Below are positions 20,319-30,807 of a stretch of 64,000 bases of DNA, piece by piece. This stretch comes from Pseudomonadota bacterium. GTDB taxonomy: Bacteria; Pseudomonadota; Gammaproteobacteria; Burkholderiales; SG8-39. The stretch spans positions 6,265 through 70,264 of the forward strand of contig JANXRV010000094.1 of assembly GCA_025356665.1 (NCBI GenBank), written 5' to 3'. The notes beneath the pieces were generated by a model. It was not told where the DNA came from and did no database searches. It was given only the letters and a program-made list of their open reading frames with translations. A program made the translations under genes and the position numbers. The stretch's first letter is position 1, and each line of letters opens with the position of its first letter.

Positions 20319-22069
20319 GATGGTTTTCTCTTGACTGCGGGAAGATCGGTGCATACGCCTTCATAAAGCTCGGCGGCCATGCCCACCGACTCCCCGAGCG
20401 TCGGGTGCGGATGGATCGTCCTGCCTATATCAGTCGCATCGGCGCCCATTTCAATCGCCAACGCCAGTTCGCTGATCAGGTCACCCGCTCCAGTACCGAC
20501 GATCCCGCCGCCAACCACCCGGTGCGTCTCCTCGTTGACGATCAGCTTGGTGAAGCCCTCGTCACGACCGTTGGCAATGGCACGCCCCGAAGCGGCCCAG
20601 GGAAACTTCCCGACGCCGACCTTGATACCCTGATTTTTCGCCTCCTCTTCGGTGAGCCCAACCCAGGCGATTTCCGGATCGGTATAAGCCACAGACGGGA
20701 TGACAGAAGCATCGAAAAACGATTTTTGTCCGGCTGCCACCTCGGCCGCCACATGCCCCTCGTGCACCGCCTTGTGCGCCAGCATGGGCTGGCCGACGAT
20801 GTCGCCGATGGCAAAAATATGCGGCACATTGGTGCGCATCTGGCCGTCCACCGGGATGAAGCCGCGCTCACTTACGTTGATGCCGGCGGCGGCGGCGGCT
20901 ATTTTCCCACCGTTGGGCACGCGACCGACCGAAACCAGCACGAGATCGTAAAGCTTCGGCTCCGCCGGCGCGTTTTCGCCCTCAAACCACACCTTGATCC
21001 CCTCCCTTAACGCCTCGACCTTGGTGGTGCGGGTCTTGAGCATGATTTTATCAAAACGCTTGGCGTTGAAAGTCTGCCAGACCTTCACGAGGTCGCGGTC
21101 GGCGCCGGCCATCAACCCGTCCATCATCTCGACCACGTCGAGGCGCGCACCAAGCGTCGAATAAACCGTGCCCATTTCCAGGCCGATGATGCCACCGCCT
21201 ATCACCAACATGCGCTTGGGCCTGGAACGCAACTCCAGCGCCCCGGTCGAGTCGACAATGCGCGGATCATCGGGCATGGTCGGGATTTTCGAAGCCTGTG
21301 ATCCGGCCGCGATAATGGCATTCTTGAACGCGACAAGCTTGCGCCCTTCTTTGGTCTCGACCGTCAGGTGCTTGGGGCCGGCGAAGGTTCCCAAGCCCTG
21401 CAACACGGTGACCTTGCGCGCCTTGGCCATGCCGGACAGCCCGGAAGTGAGCTTGCCCACAACCTTTTCCTTCCAGTTGCGTAATTTGTCGATGTCCACC
21501 TCAGGTTTGCCAAAGACAATGCCATGCTCGGATATGTTCTGCGCCTCGTCCATCACTGCGGCAACATGGAGCAAGGCCTTGGACGGAATGCAACCCACGT
21601 TGAGGCACACGCCGCCAAGCGTGGCATAGCGCTCGACCAGAACGACAGACATGCCAAGATCGGCTGCGCGAAATGCCGCCGAATATCCGCCTGGGCCGGC
21701 GCCAAGCACAAGCACATCGCAACTCAGATCTGCAGGGCCGCCGAAGGCCGCGACGGCGGGCGAGGGTGCCGGGGATGATGACGGCGGCGCCAAGTTCACA
21801 GGCAAGGCAGTGGCCGGGGCCACGGCACCGCTCGATTCCTCGAGCATGAGCACAGTCGCCCCTTGCGACAGTTTGTCCCCGACCTTGACACGCAACTCTT
21901 TGACCACGCCCGCATGGGGTGAGGGAATTTCGATGGTCGCCTTGTCCGATTCGAGCGAAAGCAGGGACTGCTCTTTCTCAACCTGGTCACCAGCCTTTAC
22001 CAGCACCTCGACGACGTCGACATCCTTGAAATCCCCGATATCCGGAATTTTTACTTCTATGAGGCTCAT
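20315..22069 (-). CDS. lpdA: Dihydrolipoyl dehydrogenase (E3) with N-terminal lipoyl domain
   Basis: N-terminal lipoyl domain ([13 protein letters not shown]), then an Ala/Pro linker, then the E3 body with GAGPGGY and the redox-active disulfide [13 protein letters not shown]. 584 aa. Confidence 0.9.
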   Translation of the reverse strand: MSLIEVKIPDIGDFKDVDVVEVLVKAGDQVEKEQSLLSLESDKATIEIPSPHAGVVKELRVKVGDKLSQGATVLMLEESSGAVAPATALPVNLAPPSSSPAPSPAVAAFGGPADLSCDVLVLGAGPGGYSAAFRAADLGMSVVLVERYATLGGVCLNVGCIPSKALLHVAAVMDEAQNISEHGIVFGKPEVDIDKLRNWKEKVVGKLTSGLSGMAKARKVTVLQGLGTFAGPKHLTVETKEGRKLVAFKNAIIAAGSQASKIPTMPDDPRIVDSTGALELRSRPKRMLVIGGGIIGLEMGTVYSTLGARLDVVEMMDGLMAGADRDLVKVWQTFNAKRFDKIMLKTRTTKVEALREGIKVWFEGENAPAEPKLYDLVLVSVGRVPNGGKIAAAAAGINVSERGFIPVDGQMRTNVPHIFAIGDIVGQPMLAHKAVHEGHVAAEVAAGQKSFFDASVIPSVAYTDPEIAWVGLTEEEAKNQGIKVGVGKFPWAASGRAIANGRDEGFTKLIVNEETHRVVGGGIVGTGAGDLISELALAIEMGADATDIGRTIHPHPTLGESVGMAAELYEGVCTDLPAVKRKPS

Positions 22070-22641
22070 GACTTTGCTTTCAGTTTGATCGAGTGCACAT
22101 GCAGCGGTGCACCTGAGTTCTTGTCAAATTCAATCCCCGCCATGACGCCGGCCCGGGCGACTTCAGCCGCGCTTTTTGCACGCCCCCAGACGGTGTACAT
22201 GGCGCCGAGGGAAAAATTACGCCCTGACCCAACCGCCCAGAACCGTTCGAAATCGAACACTTCCCGATAAGAATAAACCGCATATATACCGCTCGCATTG
22301 GCGATCACCGCGGTAATCTGCGAAGACTCATAAGGGTCGTCGTCGTCTTCCTTTGGATTCAAAAAAGCCTGCTCCTTGAGCAGCGGGTGCAGAACCCTGA
22401 AAGACTCATAGACCTCGGCGCGGCTGCCCAGCTTAAGGTCCCTGTGTTTGGCGAATAGATTTTCGAGCACAAGGTGATGCGCAGAACTGCCGCACACGCC
22501 GACATAAGAGCCGTTGTAACGCAAAACCTTGTCATGGACCCGTTTATACGGGTCCGCGACCCGCGTGTCGCCGAAGGTCGTCAGCGTGTCGGCCGCCATG
22601 GCAACCGATCCGTTCCTCCTGGCTATGCAGATGGTGGTCAT
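22066..22641 (-). CDS. HslV/proteasome-beta-like Ntn hydrolase (possibly the BPH family)
   Basis: MTTICIARRNGSVAMAADT... parallels the HslV N-terminus MTTIVSVRRNGHVVIAGDG (Thr1 and Asp17 equivalents present). A Lys sits near position 33-38, and AVGSGRNFSLGAMY matches the HslV motif AIGSGGPYA. The stop overlaps the lpdA ATG (ATGA). Confidence 0.6.
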   Translation of the reverse strand: MTTICIARRNGSVAMAADTLTTFGDTRVADPYKRVHDKVLRYNGSYVGVCGSSAHHLVLENLFAKHRDLKLGSRAEVYESFRVLHPLLKEQAFLNPKEDDDDPYESSQITAVIANASGIYAVYSYREVFDFERFWAVGSGRNFSLGAMYTVWGRAKSAAEVARAGVMAGIEFDKNSGAPLHVHSIKLKAKS

Positions 22642-22749
22642 TTGTTGGTGAATGGGAATTGGGAAATGGTGAAAAGGAGATCGCGATGGGCTATCGGCGG
22701 CCGATCACCATTTACGATTCACCATTTTCCATACACCGATTATCGATTG

Positions 22750-24078
22750 TTAGAGCAGGGAGCGCCTGATGTCGGAGAGCACCGACGCCAGATACGATGT
22801 AAACCGCGCCGCCGATGCCCCGTCGATAACACGGTGATCATAGGACAGGGACAAAGGCAGCATCAGCCTTGGCACAAACTCCTTGCCATTCCAGACCGGA
22901 CGCATCGCCGCCTTGGACACCCCGAGTATCGCCACCTCGGGCGCGTTAATGATCGGCGTGAAGGCGCTGCCGCCGATACCGCCGAGGCTGGAGATCGAAA
23001 AACATCCGCCCTGCATGTCACCGGGCTTTAATTTTTTATCCCGCGCCAGCTTGGAAATTTCTGACAACTCGCGAGCCAGGTCGAACACCCCCTTGCGGTC
23101 CGCATCGCGAATCACCGGAACCACCAAGCCATCGGGCGTGTCGACGGCGACGCCGACGTGAAAATATTTTTTCAGGATCAAATTTTCGCCCGTCTTGTCG
23201 AGAGAGGCGTTGAAGTCCGGATAGTGCCGGAGGGCGGTGACGCTGGCCTTGATCAGGAACGCCAACATGGTCAGTTTGAACCCCTGCTTTTCCGTCTCGG
23301 CGGTGTTCGACTTGCGGAACGCCTCAAGATCGGTAATGTCGGCATCATCAAATTGCGTCACGTGTGGGATGCCGACCCAGTTGCGGTGCAGATTGGCACC
23401 GGACAGCTTTTTGATGCGCGACAGCGGCTTGGGCTCGACCGGACCGAACTTGGCAAAATCGACATTGGGCCACTCAGGCAGGTTAAATCCGTAACCACCC
23501 GGCACGGTTGCACCGGAGGCAAGCGCCGGCGTGCCGTTAATGACACCTTTGACAAAACCGTGCACGTCCTGCTGCGTCACCCGGCCTTTGGGTCCGCTGC
23601 CCCTTACCTTGGCCAGGTCAACACCAAGTTCGCGCGCGAATTTTCGAATGCTGGGGCTGGCATGCGGCTTGAAGGTGGCCGACTCAAACACCGGCTCGAA
23701 CGGTACCGGTGCGGGCGGGGCGATCAGCGCAGGGGTCGGGGCGGTGGCGGGGGCGATTGTGACCGGCGCCGGCGCAGCCGCGGCCGCAGCCTTGGGCGCG
23801 CTTGGCGCCGCCACGGCTAAGGCAAGCTCACCGCCCCCAGTCTCGTCGAGCAAGAGCAACAGGCTGCCCTCGCACACCTTGTCGCCGACTTTTATTTTTA
23901 ATTCCTTGACCACACCCGCGGCGGGCGAGGGAATTTCCATGGTGGCCTTGTCCGACTCGACCGAGATCAGCGACTGCTCGGGCTTTACGACATCGCCTAC
24001 GCTGACCAGAACCTCCACAACATCAACTTCCTTGAAGTCACCGATGTCGGGAACATGCACCTCTCTGATACCAGCCAT
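22750..24078 (-). CDS. aceF: Dihydrolipoyllysine-residue acetyltransferase (PDH E2)
   Basis: Lipoyl domain ([13 protein letters not shown]), Ala/Pro linker, E3-binding domain ([16 protein letters not shown]) and a catalytic domain with DHRVIDGA. Confidence 0.9.
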   Translation of the reverse strand: MAGIREVHVPDIGDFKEVDVVEVLVSVGDVVKPEQSLISVESDKATMEIPSPAAGVVKELKIKVGDKVCEGSLLLLLDETGGGELALAVAAPSAPKAAAAAAPAPVTIAPATAPTPALIAPPAPVPFEPVFESATFKPHASPSIRKFARELGVDLAKVRGSGPKGRVTQQDVHGFVKGVINGTPALASGATVPGGYGFNLPEWPNVDFAKFGPVEPKPLSRIKKLSGANLHRNWVGIPHVTQFDDADITDLEAFRKSNTAETEKQGFKLTMLAFLIKASVTALRHYPDFNASLDKTGENLILKKYFHVGVAVDTPDGLVVPVIRDADRKGVFDLARELSEISKLARDKKLKPGDMQGGCFSISSLGGIGGSAFTPIINAPEVAILGVSKAAMRPVWNGKEFVPRLMLPLSLSYDHRVIDGASAARFTSYLASVLSDIRRSLL

Positions 24079-24174
24079 TTATTTTCCTTGCTTGTTGTTG
24101 CGTCGCAGGTACATCGCGGTTGCGTCAGCGGAGGCGCAGGCCGCCCCTCCAACTTCCAAATAGTCAGACTTGTT

Positions 24175-26859
24175 TCAAACCGATAACGGGTTCGGCTTCG
24201 AGGGGTCGAGGCCGTATTTCTTTATCGCATCAGCCACCACAGACGGTTTGATCGCGCCCTCATCGGCAAGCGCTTTGAGTGCCGTTACCACAACCCAATG
24301 CCGGTTGACCTCGAAGTGGCGGCGCAACTGCTCGCGGGTGTCGGAACGCCCGAAACCATCTGTTCCCAGTACGCGGAAGCTGCGCCCCTTGGGCATAAAC
24401 GGGCGGATCTGGTCGGCAAACGCCTTCATGTAGTCCGTCGACGCAATCACCGGGCCATCGTGTTTTTCCAGACTTTGTTCGACATAGCTCTTTTTTGCCG
24501 TTTCTGTCGGGTGCAACAAATTCCAACGCTCCACATCATGCCCTTCGCGTCGCAACTCGGTGAAACTTGGGCAACTCCAGATATCGGATGCGACATCCCA
24601 TTCCTTCTCCAGCAGATCGGCGGCCGCAATGACCTCACGCAGGATGGTGCCCGAGCCCATCAGTTGCACCTTGTTCTTTTTCTTACCCGCCTCCTTGAAC
24701 AGATACATACCCTTCAAAATACCCTGGTTCGTACCCGGAGCGGTCGGTAGCGCAGGGTGGATGTAGTTCTCGTTCATCACGGTGATGTAATAGAACACGT
24801 CCTCCTGGTTGGTCACCATGCGGCGCAGGCCGTCATGAATGATGACCGCAAGCTCATAGCCGAAGCTAGGATCGTAGGACACGCAGTTGGGAATGACTGA
24901 CGACAGCACATGACTGTGGCCGTCCTCATGCTGCAGTCCCTCGCCATTCAGCGTGGTGCGGCCGGCGGTCCCGCCAAGCAGGAAACCGCGCGCACGCTGG
25001 TCGCCCGCCGCCCAGGCAAGGTCGCCAATGCGCTGCATGCCGAACATCGAATAAAAAATATAAAACGGCACGGTGACGACGTTGGTTGTGCTGTAGGAAG
25101 TGGCGGCGGCAATCCATGAAGAAAAAGCACCGGCCTCGTTGATGCCTTCTTCAAGAATCTGTCCCGCCTTGTCCTCGCGGTAATACATCACCTGGTCTTT
25201 GTCGACCGGCTCGTATTTCTGCCCCTCAATGGAGAAAATGCCCAACTGGCGGAACATGCCCTCCATACCAAAGGTGCGCGCCTCATCCGGGACGATAGGC
25301 ACGATGTGCTTGCCGATGTTTTTATCCCGCACCAGCGCGGTGAGAATGCGCACGAAGGCCATCGTCGTGCTGATTTCCCGATCTGTCGCCTTGAGCACCT
25401 GATCGAACGCGGCCAGCTCGGGAACCTGCGGCACCGCCTCCGACTTGCGCCGGCGCTGCGGCAGGTAGCCGCCCAGCGCCTTGCGCCGTTCCTGCAGGTA
25501 AATCATTTCGGGCGAATCGGCGGCCGGTTTATAAAACGGCAGGGATTCAAGCTGGTCATCCGGAATCGGGATGTTGAAACGGTCGCGAAACTGGCGGATG
25601 GACACCAGGTCCATTTTTTTCTGCTGGTGCGTCGTGTTCTTGCCCTCGCCGATTTTGCCCATGCCGTAACCCTTTACGGTCTTGGCGAGAATGACCGTGG
25701 GCTGCCCCTTGTGCTGCGTCGCAGCGGCATAAGCGGCGTAAATTTTGTGCGGATCATGGCCGCCACGATTGAGGCGCCAGATGTCGTCATCAGTCATGCG
25801 CGACACCATCTCCAGTGTCTTTGGATTCTTACCAAAGAAATTCTTCCTGACAAATGCCCCATCATTGGCCTTGAAATTCTGGTACTCGCCATCGACGGTC
25901 TCCTCCATGATCTTGAGCAGCACACCGTCCTTGTCACGGGCCAGCAGCGGATCCCAGTATGAACCCCAGATCAGCTTGATGACATTCCAGCCGGCGCCAC
26001 GGAACTCACCTTCGAGCTCCTGGATAATCTTGCCGTTACCGCGCACCGGACCATCTAGGCGCTGCAGGTTGCAATTGATAACGAATATGAGGTTGTCGAG
26101 CTTTTCGCGTGCGGCCATGCCGATCGCCCCGAGTGATTCGGGTTCATCCGTCTCTCCGTCGCCAAGGAAGGCCCAGACCTTGCGGTTGGACGTGTCAGCG
26201 AAACCGCGGGCATGCAGATACTTGAGGTAACGCGCCTGGTAAATCGCTTGCAGCGGTCCGAGCCCCATCGACACCGTCGGGAACTGCCAGAAATCGGGCA
26301 TCAGCCAAGGATGCGGATATGAGGTGACGCCCTTGCCCTCGACATCGCGGCGAAAATTGGTGATCTGCTCCTCGGTCAGGCGCCCCTCGAGAAAAGCGCG
26401 CGCATAGACGCCGGGGGCGGAGTGGCCCTGGAAATAGATAAGGTCGCCGCCATGCCCCTCGTGAGGCGCATTCCAGAAATGATTGAATCCGATCCCAAAG
26501 AGCGTGCCGACCGATGCAAAGCTGGCAATGTGGCCACCCAGGTCACCTTCGACCTTGTTCGCCTTGGCCACCATGACCATGGCATTCCAGCGCGCGTAGG
26601 AGCGAATGCGCTCCTCCAGGGCATGGTCGCCGGGGGAGCGCTGCTCCATGTGCGGCGGTATGGTATTGAGATAGGCAGTCTGCGCGTTATAGGGCAGATA
26701 CGCGCCAGAACGACGCGCTTTATCGATGAGTTTTTCCAGCAGGTAGTGCGCGCGGTCTGCGCCCTCACGCTCGAGTACGGCCTCCATTGCGTCGAGCCAC
26801 TCCTTGGTCTCAAGCGTATCGGGGTCGTTGGCGGCGGGAAATTCGGGGATTGCGGACAT
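24175..26859 (-). CDS. aceE: Pyruvate dehydrogenase E1 component (homodimeric type)
   Basis: 894 aa. N-terminus DPDTLETKEWLDAMEAVLEREG and a ThDP motif region (GDGETDEPES...N) are typical of AceE. Confidence 0.95.
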   Translation of the reverse strand: MSAIPEFPAANDPDTLETKEWLDAMEAVLEREGADRAHYLLEKLIDKARRSGAYLPYNAQTAYLNTIPPHMEQRSPGDHALEERIRSYARWNAMVMVAKANKVEGDLGGHIASFASVGTLFGIGFNHFWNAPHEGHGGDLIYFQGHSAPGVYARAFLEGRLTEEQITNFRRDVEGKGVTSYPHPWLMPDFWQFPTVSMGLGPLQAIYQARYLKYLHARGFADTSNRKVWAFLGDGETDEPESLGAIGMAAREKLDNLIFVINCNLQRLDGPVRGNGKIIQELEGEFRGAGWNVIKLIWGSYWDPLLARDKDGVLLKIMEETVDGEYQNFKANDGAFVRKNFFGKNPKTLEMVSRMTDDDIWRLNRGGHDPHKIYAAYAAATQHKGQPTVILAKTVKGYGMGKIGEGKNTTHQQKKMDLVSIRQFRDRFNIPIPDDQLESLPFYKPAADSPEMIYLQERRKALGGYLPQRRRKSEAVPQVPELAAFDQVLKATDREISTTMAFVRILTALVRDKNIGKHIVPIVPDEARTFGMEGMFRQLGIFSIEGQKYEPVDKDQVMYYREDKAGQILEEGINEAGAFSSWIAAATSYSTTNVVTVPFYIFYSMFGMQRIGDLAWAAGDQRARGFLLGGTAGRTTLNGEGLQHEDGHSHVLSSVIPNCVSYDPSFGYELAVIIHDGLRRMVTNQEDVFYYITVMNENYIHPALPTAPGTNQGILKGMYLFKEAGKKKNKVQLMGSGTILREVIAAADLLEKEWDVASDIWSCPSFTELRREGHDVERWNLLHPTETAKKSYVEQSLEKHDGPVIASTDYMKAFADQIRPFMPKGRSFRVLGTDGFGRSDTREQLRRHFEVNRHWVVVTALKALADEGAIKPSVVADAIKKYGLDPSKPNPLSV

Positions 26860-27171
26860 GATTACCTCATCGACGGCGGGATACTGGAAACAACACCGGA
26901 ATCAGCGTGCATTCAAAAGTAACTCAATACGCGGCCAGGGGCGCGGCATACTCATGGCCGACTTGGAAAAAGCGCGGAAAAAGCGCTTTTTCACGCTGCA
27001 AAACAACAAGCACATCATACAATCAACCTCCAAGCTCGTTCAAGCCTTGTCCTTGTATCCTTGTAAAGGGCCTTGCCCTTGGCAAATCAAGCGCAGCCCT
27101 GCTGGTACAATGCCCGCCCCTCTCCCTTCTCTCCGGTTGCTTTCCCTCGGTTGCACCAAATTTTTTCAGGC

Positions 27172-28032
27172 ATGCAGACTCGAATTATCGATGGCGCCGC
27201 GATTGCGCGCGCAATTCGCGAAAAGCTGAAACTGCGCGTGATGCAAATGGCCGCGGGCGGGTGTGTGCCCGGCCTTGCCGTAATCCAGATCGGAGAGAAC
27301 CCCGCATCCGCCGTTTACGTGCGAAACAAATTCCGCGCCTGCGCCGAGGCCGGGCTGCATTCGCAACTGGTTGCGCTGCCCCTTGGCGCGACAACGGAGC
27401 ATTTACTCACCCGTATCGCAGACTTGAACGCCGATCCAAAAATTCACGGCATCCTGCTGCAACTGCCCTTGCCCGAGCAGATCGACGAGGACGCCGCCCT
27501 GCGCGCCATAGACCCGGCCAAGGATGTGGATGGATTTCATCCGCAAAACGCCGGTGCGCTTCTGGCGGGGAAACCGGTTTTTCTCCCTTGCACCCCCTAT
27601 GCCGTGATGAAATTGCTTGAACACGAGGGCATTGCGGTCGCCGGCCGACACGCCGTTGTCATCGGCCGCTCCACTCTCGTCGGCAAACCAGCGGCGCTGC
27701 TGCTCTTGCAAGCGGGCGCAACCGTCACCGTATGCCACTCCCAGACCCCCGATCTACCCTTGTTCACGCGCCAGGCCGACATTTTGGTGACCGCGACGGG
27801 CAAGCTGAACCTGCTCGACGGGGCCATGATCAAACCCGGGGCGGTCGTCATCGACGTCGGCATCAACCGCACAGCGGAGGGCAAACTGGCGGGGGACTGC
27901 GATTTTGCCAGTCTGCTCGGCAAGGCCGGCTGGATAACGCCGGTTCCGGGCGGGATTGGACCGATGACGGTGGCCATGCTGTTGCTCAACACACTCCAGG
28001 CGGCGGAGCGCAGCCTGCACAACGCAGCCTAG
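27172..28032 (+). CDS. folD: Bifunctional methylenetetrahydrofolate dehydrogenase/cyclohydrolase
   Basis: The ATG at 27172 gives [19 protein letters not shown]...[17 protein letters not shown]...ILLQLPLP...DVDGFHP...GRSTLVGKP...PGGIGPMT. The track ORF start at 27073 is an upstream extension. Confidence 0.9.
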   Translation: MQTRIIDGAAIARAIREKLKLRVMQMAAGGCVPGLAVIQIGENPASAVYVRNKFRACAEAGLHSQLVALPLGATTEHLLTRIADLNADPKIHGILLQLPLPEQIDEDAALRAIDPAKDVDGFHPQNAGALLAGKPVFLPCTPYAVMKLLEHEGIAVAGRHAVVIGRSTLVGKPAALLLLQAGATVTVCHSQTPDLPLFTRQADILVTATGKLNLLDGAMIKPGAVVIDVGINRTAEGKLAGDCDFASLLGKAGWITPVPGGIGPMTVAMLLLNTLQAAERSLHNAA

Positions 28033-28118
28033 CCGGAAGAAAATCCCGCAAGAGTCTTGTTAAACCGTGAACCGGCCCGTTACGTTAGAGGGTCTTACCG
28101 TTGACTGGAAGGAAAAGC

Positions 28119-30155
28119 ATGAGCACCAACCCGCTACTCGATTTCAACGGCCTGCCGCGATTTGCAACAATCCGCACCGAGCACATCACGCCCGCAGTGG
28201 AAACCTTGCTGACAGAAAATCGCGCGCTGATCAAACGCCTGACAGCCACGTCTGTCGCCGTCACCTGGGACAGCTTTGTCGCGCCCCTGGAGGACGCCAA
28301 CGAGCGCCTTGGCCGCGCCTGGGGTGTGGTGGGCCACCTGCACGGCGTGCTCGATTCGCCCGAATTGCGCGAAGCCTACAACGCAAACCAGCCCGGCATA
28401 GTCCAGTACTGGACCGAGCTTGGCCAGAATCTCGCGCTGTTTGAAAAGTACAAGGCCCTCCGGGCCTCGGCTGGATTTGCCTCGCTCAAAGGCCAGCAAC
28501 AAAAAATCATCGACAACGAAATTCGCGACTTCCGCCTGTCCGGCGCCGAACTTTCAGAGGAAAAAAAGCAACGCTACGCCCAAATCATGGATGAACTGGC
28601 GCGGCTGTCGACGAAATTTTCGGAAAATGTACTCGACGCCACGAACGCTTTTTCCACCACGGTGGAAGACCTGGCCGATGTCGCGGGCATCCCCGAAGAC
28701 AGCCTGGAACTGGCCGCGCAAGCGGCGCAAAAAGCCGGGGCAAAAGGCTGGAAATTTACCCTCCATGCCCCCTCCTACATGCCGGTCATGCAATATGCGG
28801 ATAATCGCGACCTGCGCGCAAGGATTTATCGCGCCCACGTCACCAGGGCAAGCGAGTTTGGCAAGCCCGACTGGGACAACACGCCGTTGATCGCCCAAAT
28901 CCTCAAACTGCGCAATGAAGCGGCGCAACTGCTCGGCTACAGCAGCCACGCCAAAGTCTCGCTGGCGACGAAAATGGCCGAATCGCCACGCCAGGTTGTC
29001 GACTTTCTCGAGGATCTCGCCGCCAAGGCCAAACCCTTCGCACTAAAGGACTGGGATGAGCTCAACGCCTTTGCCGCAAACGAACTTGGCATCGCCCAGA
29101 TGCAGGCTTGGGATAGCTCGTATGCGTCCGAGAAACTGCGCCTGCGCCGGTATGACTTCTCCGACCAGGAAGTAAAACAATATTTCCCGGAACCCAAGGT
29201 CATGCAGGGCATGTTTCGTGTGATCGAAACCATTTACGGCCTGCACATCGAGTCCGAACAAGCCGAAGCCTGGGATCCGAATGTGCGCTTTTATCGCATC
29301 AGCGAGAAGGATGGCACCGTCATCGGGCGCTTCTATGTCGACTTGTACGCGCGTGAAACCAAACGCGGCGGCGCCTGGATGGATGAGGCGATAACGCGCC
29401 GCTTGGTCGGTGCCACCGTACAAACTCCGGTCGCCTACCTCAATTGCAATTTCCCATCGCCGGCAGGCGACAAGCCGGCAACCTTCTCGCACGATGACGT
29501 GATCACGCTGTTTCACGAATTCGGTCATGGCTTGCACCACATGCTCACGCGCGTCGATTACCTCGGTGTGTCGGGCATCCGCGGCGTTGAGTGGGATGCC
29601 GTCGAACTGCCGAGCCAGTTCATGGAAAATTTCTGCTGGGAATGGGATGTGCTCTCGCACATGACCGCCCACGTCGATACCGGCGCCCCGCTACCGCGCG
29701 CGCTGTTCGACAAGATGGTCGCGGCAAAGAATTTTCAGAGCGGCATGCAAATGGTGCGACAAGTCGAATTCTCGCTCTTCGACATGCTGCTTCACGACGA
29801 GTTCGACCCGGAAAGCGGCAAGACTGCACAACACCTGCTCGATGAGATCCGCAGCAAAGTCGCGGTGTCGGTGCCCCCCGTCTGGAACCGCTTCCCGAAT
29901 AATTTTTCGCATATTTTTTCCGGCGGCTACAGCGCAGGCTATTACAGTTACAAGTGGGCGGAGGTGTTATCAGCCGACGCCTACAGCGCGTTTGAAGAGA
30001 GCGGCGTGCTGGATCCGGGCACAGGCGCGCGGTTTCGTGAAGAAATTCTCGCTGTCGGCGGCAGCCGACCGGCCATTGAATCGTTCAAAGCTTTCCGCGG
30101 GCGCGAACCCTCGGTGGATGCCCTCATGCGGCACAGTGGTATGATTTCCGCATGA
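28119..30155 (+). CDS. prlC: Oligopeptidase A (M3 metallopeptidase)
   Basis: MSTNPLLDFNGLPRF resembles the E. coli PrlC N-terminus. The zinc motif HEFGHGLHH is present. About 678 aa from the ATG at 28119. Confidence 0.9.
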   Translation: MSTNPLLDFNGLPRFATIRTEHITPAVETLLTENRALIKRLTATSVAVTWDSFVAPLEDANERLGRAWGVVGHLHGVLDSPELREAYNANQPGIVQYWTELGQNLALFEKYKALRASAGFASLKGQQQKIIDNEIRDFRLSGAELSEEKKQRYAQIMDELARLSTKFSENVLDATNAFSTTVEDLADVAGIPEDSLELAAQAAQKAGAKGWKFTLHAPSYMPVMQYADNRDLRARIYRAHVTRASEFGKPDWDNTPLIAQILKLRNEAAQLLGYSSHAKVSLATKMAESPRQVVDFLEDLAAKAKPFALKDWDELNAFAANELGIAQMQAWDSSYASEKLRLRRYDFSDQEVKQYFPEPKVMQGMFRVIETIYGLHIESEQAEAWDPNVRFYRISEKDGTVIGRFYVDLYARETKRGGAWMDEAITRRLVGATVQTPVAYLNCNFPSPAGDKPATFSHDDVITLFHEFGHGLHHMLTRVDYLGVSGIRGVEWDAVELPSQFMENFCWEWDVLSHMTAHVDTGAPLPRALFDKMVAAKNFQSGMQMVRQVEFSLFDMLLHDEFDPESGKTAQHLLDEIRSKVAVSVPPVWNRFPNNFSHIFSGGYSAGYYSYKWAEVLSADAYSAFEESGVLDPGTGARFREEILAVGGSRPAIESFKAFRGREPSVDALMRHSGMISA

Positions 30156-30177
30156 TGCTTCGGTCAACGGGGAACAG

Positions 30178-30741
30178 ATGACAAGACTTCTGGTTCTTGT
30201 ACTTATGCTAGTGGCCAGCAGCGCATCGGCGCAGTTCTATCGCTGGATCGATCAGGCGGGAAAGGTCCATTACACCGATGCGCCACCGCCCCCGTCCGCC
30301 GCCAAAAGCGTGGAGCAGAAAAAGCTGGGCGGTAGCGTGATCGAAACCAGCCAGGCGCCCTATCAGCTGACCGAAGCGGTGCGCATTTACCCGGTGGTTC
30401 TATATACCTCGCCGTCTTGCAAGGACGGTTGTCCGCAGGCGCGGGAACTGCTGGGCAAGCGCGGCGTTCCGTTCCGCGAGGTCAGCGTAGCCGATGATGA
30501 AAGCAACGCGCTGCTCAAAAAAGCCTCCGGCACAAACCAGGTGCCGACCCTGACCGTGGGCTCGCAGGTGCAAGTCGGCTATGAACCGGGGGGCTTCAAC
30601 AGCCTGCTCGACACGGCGGGCTATCCCAAGAACGCGATCAACCTGCCGGGCGCAACCAAGGCCATGGCACCGGCAACAGCCGCAAAGCCACAAGCCCCCG
30701 CCGCGACAGCCCTGCCGGGCAACGTCAAGACCGCGCCGTAA
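30178..30741 (+). CDS. Secreted DUF4124 / glutaredoxin-like fusion protein
   Basis: Signal peptide, then the DUF4124 motif FYRWIDQAGKVHYTDAPPP, then a thioredoxin-fold-like segment (VVLYTSPSCKDGCPQARELLGKRGVPFREVSV) and an Ala/Pro tail. Confidence 0.6.
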   Translation: MTRLLVLVLMLVASSASAQFYRWIDQAGKVHYTDAPPPPSAAKSVEQKKLGGSVIETSQAPYQLTEAVRIYPVVLYTSPSCKDGCPQARELLGKRGVPFREVSVADDESNALLKKASGTNQVPTLTVGSQVQVGYEPGGFNSLLDTAGYPKNAINLPGATKAMAPATAAKPQAPAATALPGNVKTAP

Positions 30742-30807
30742 AAATTTCAACCAAGGTCTTGAATCCGTGCCGCAGCCGGGGTACGGAACACATGAAACGA
30801 ACCACCC

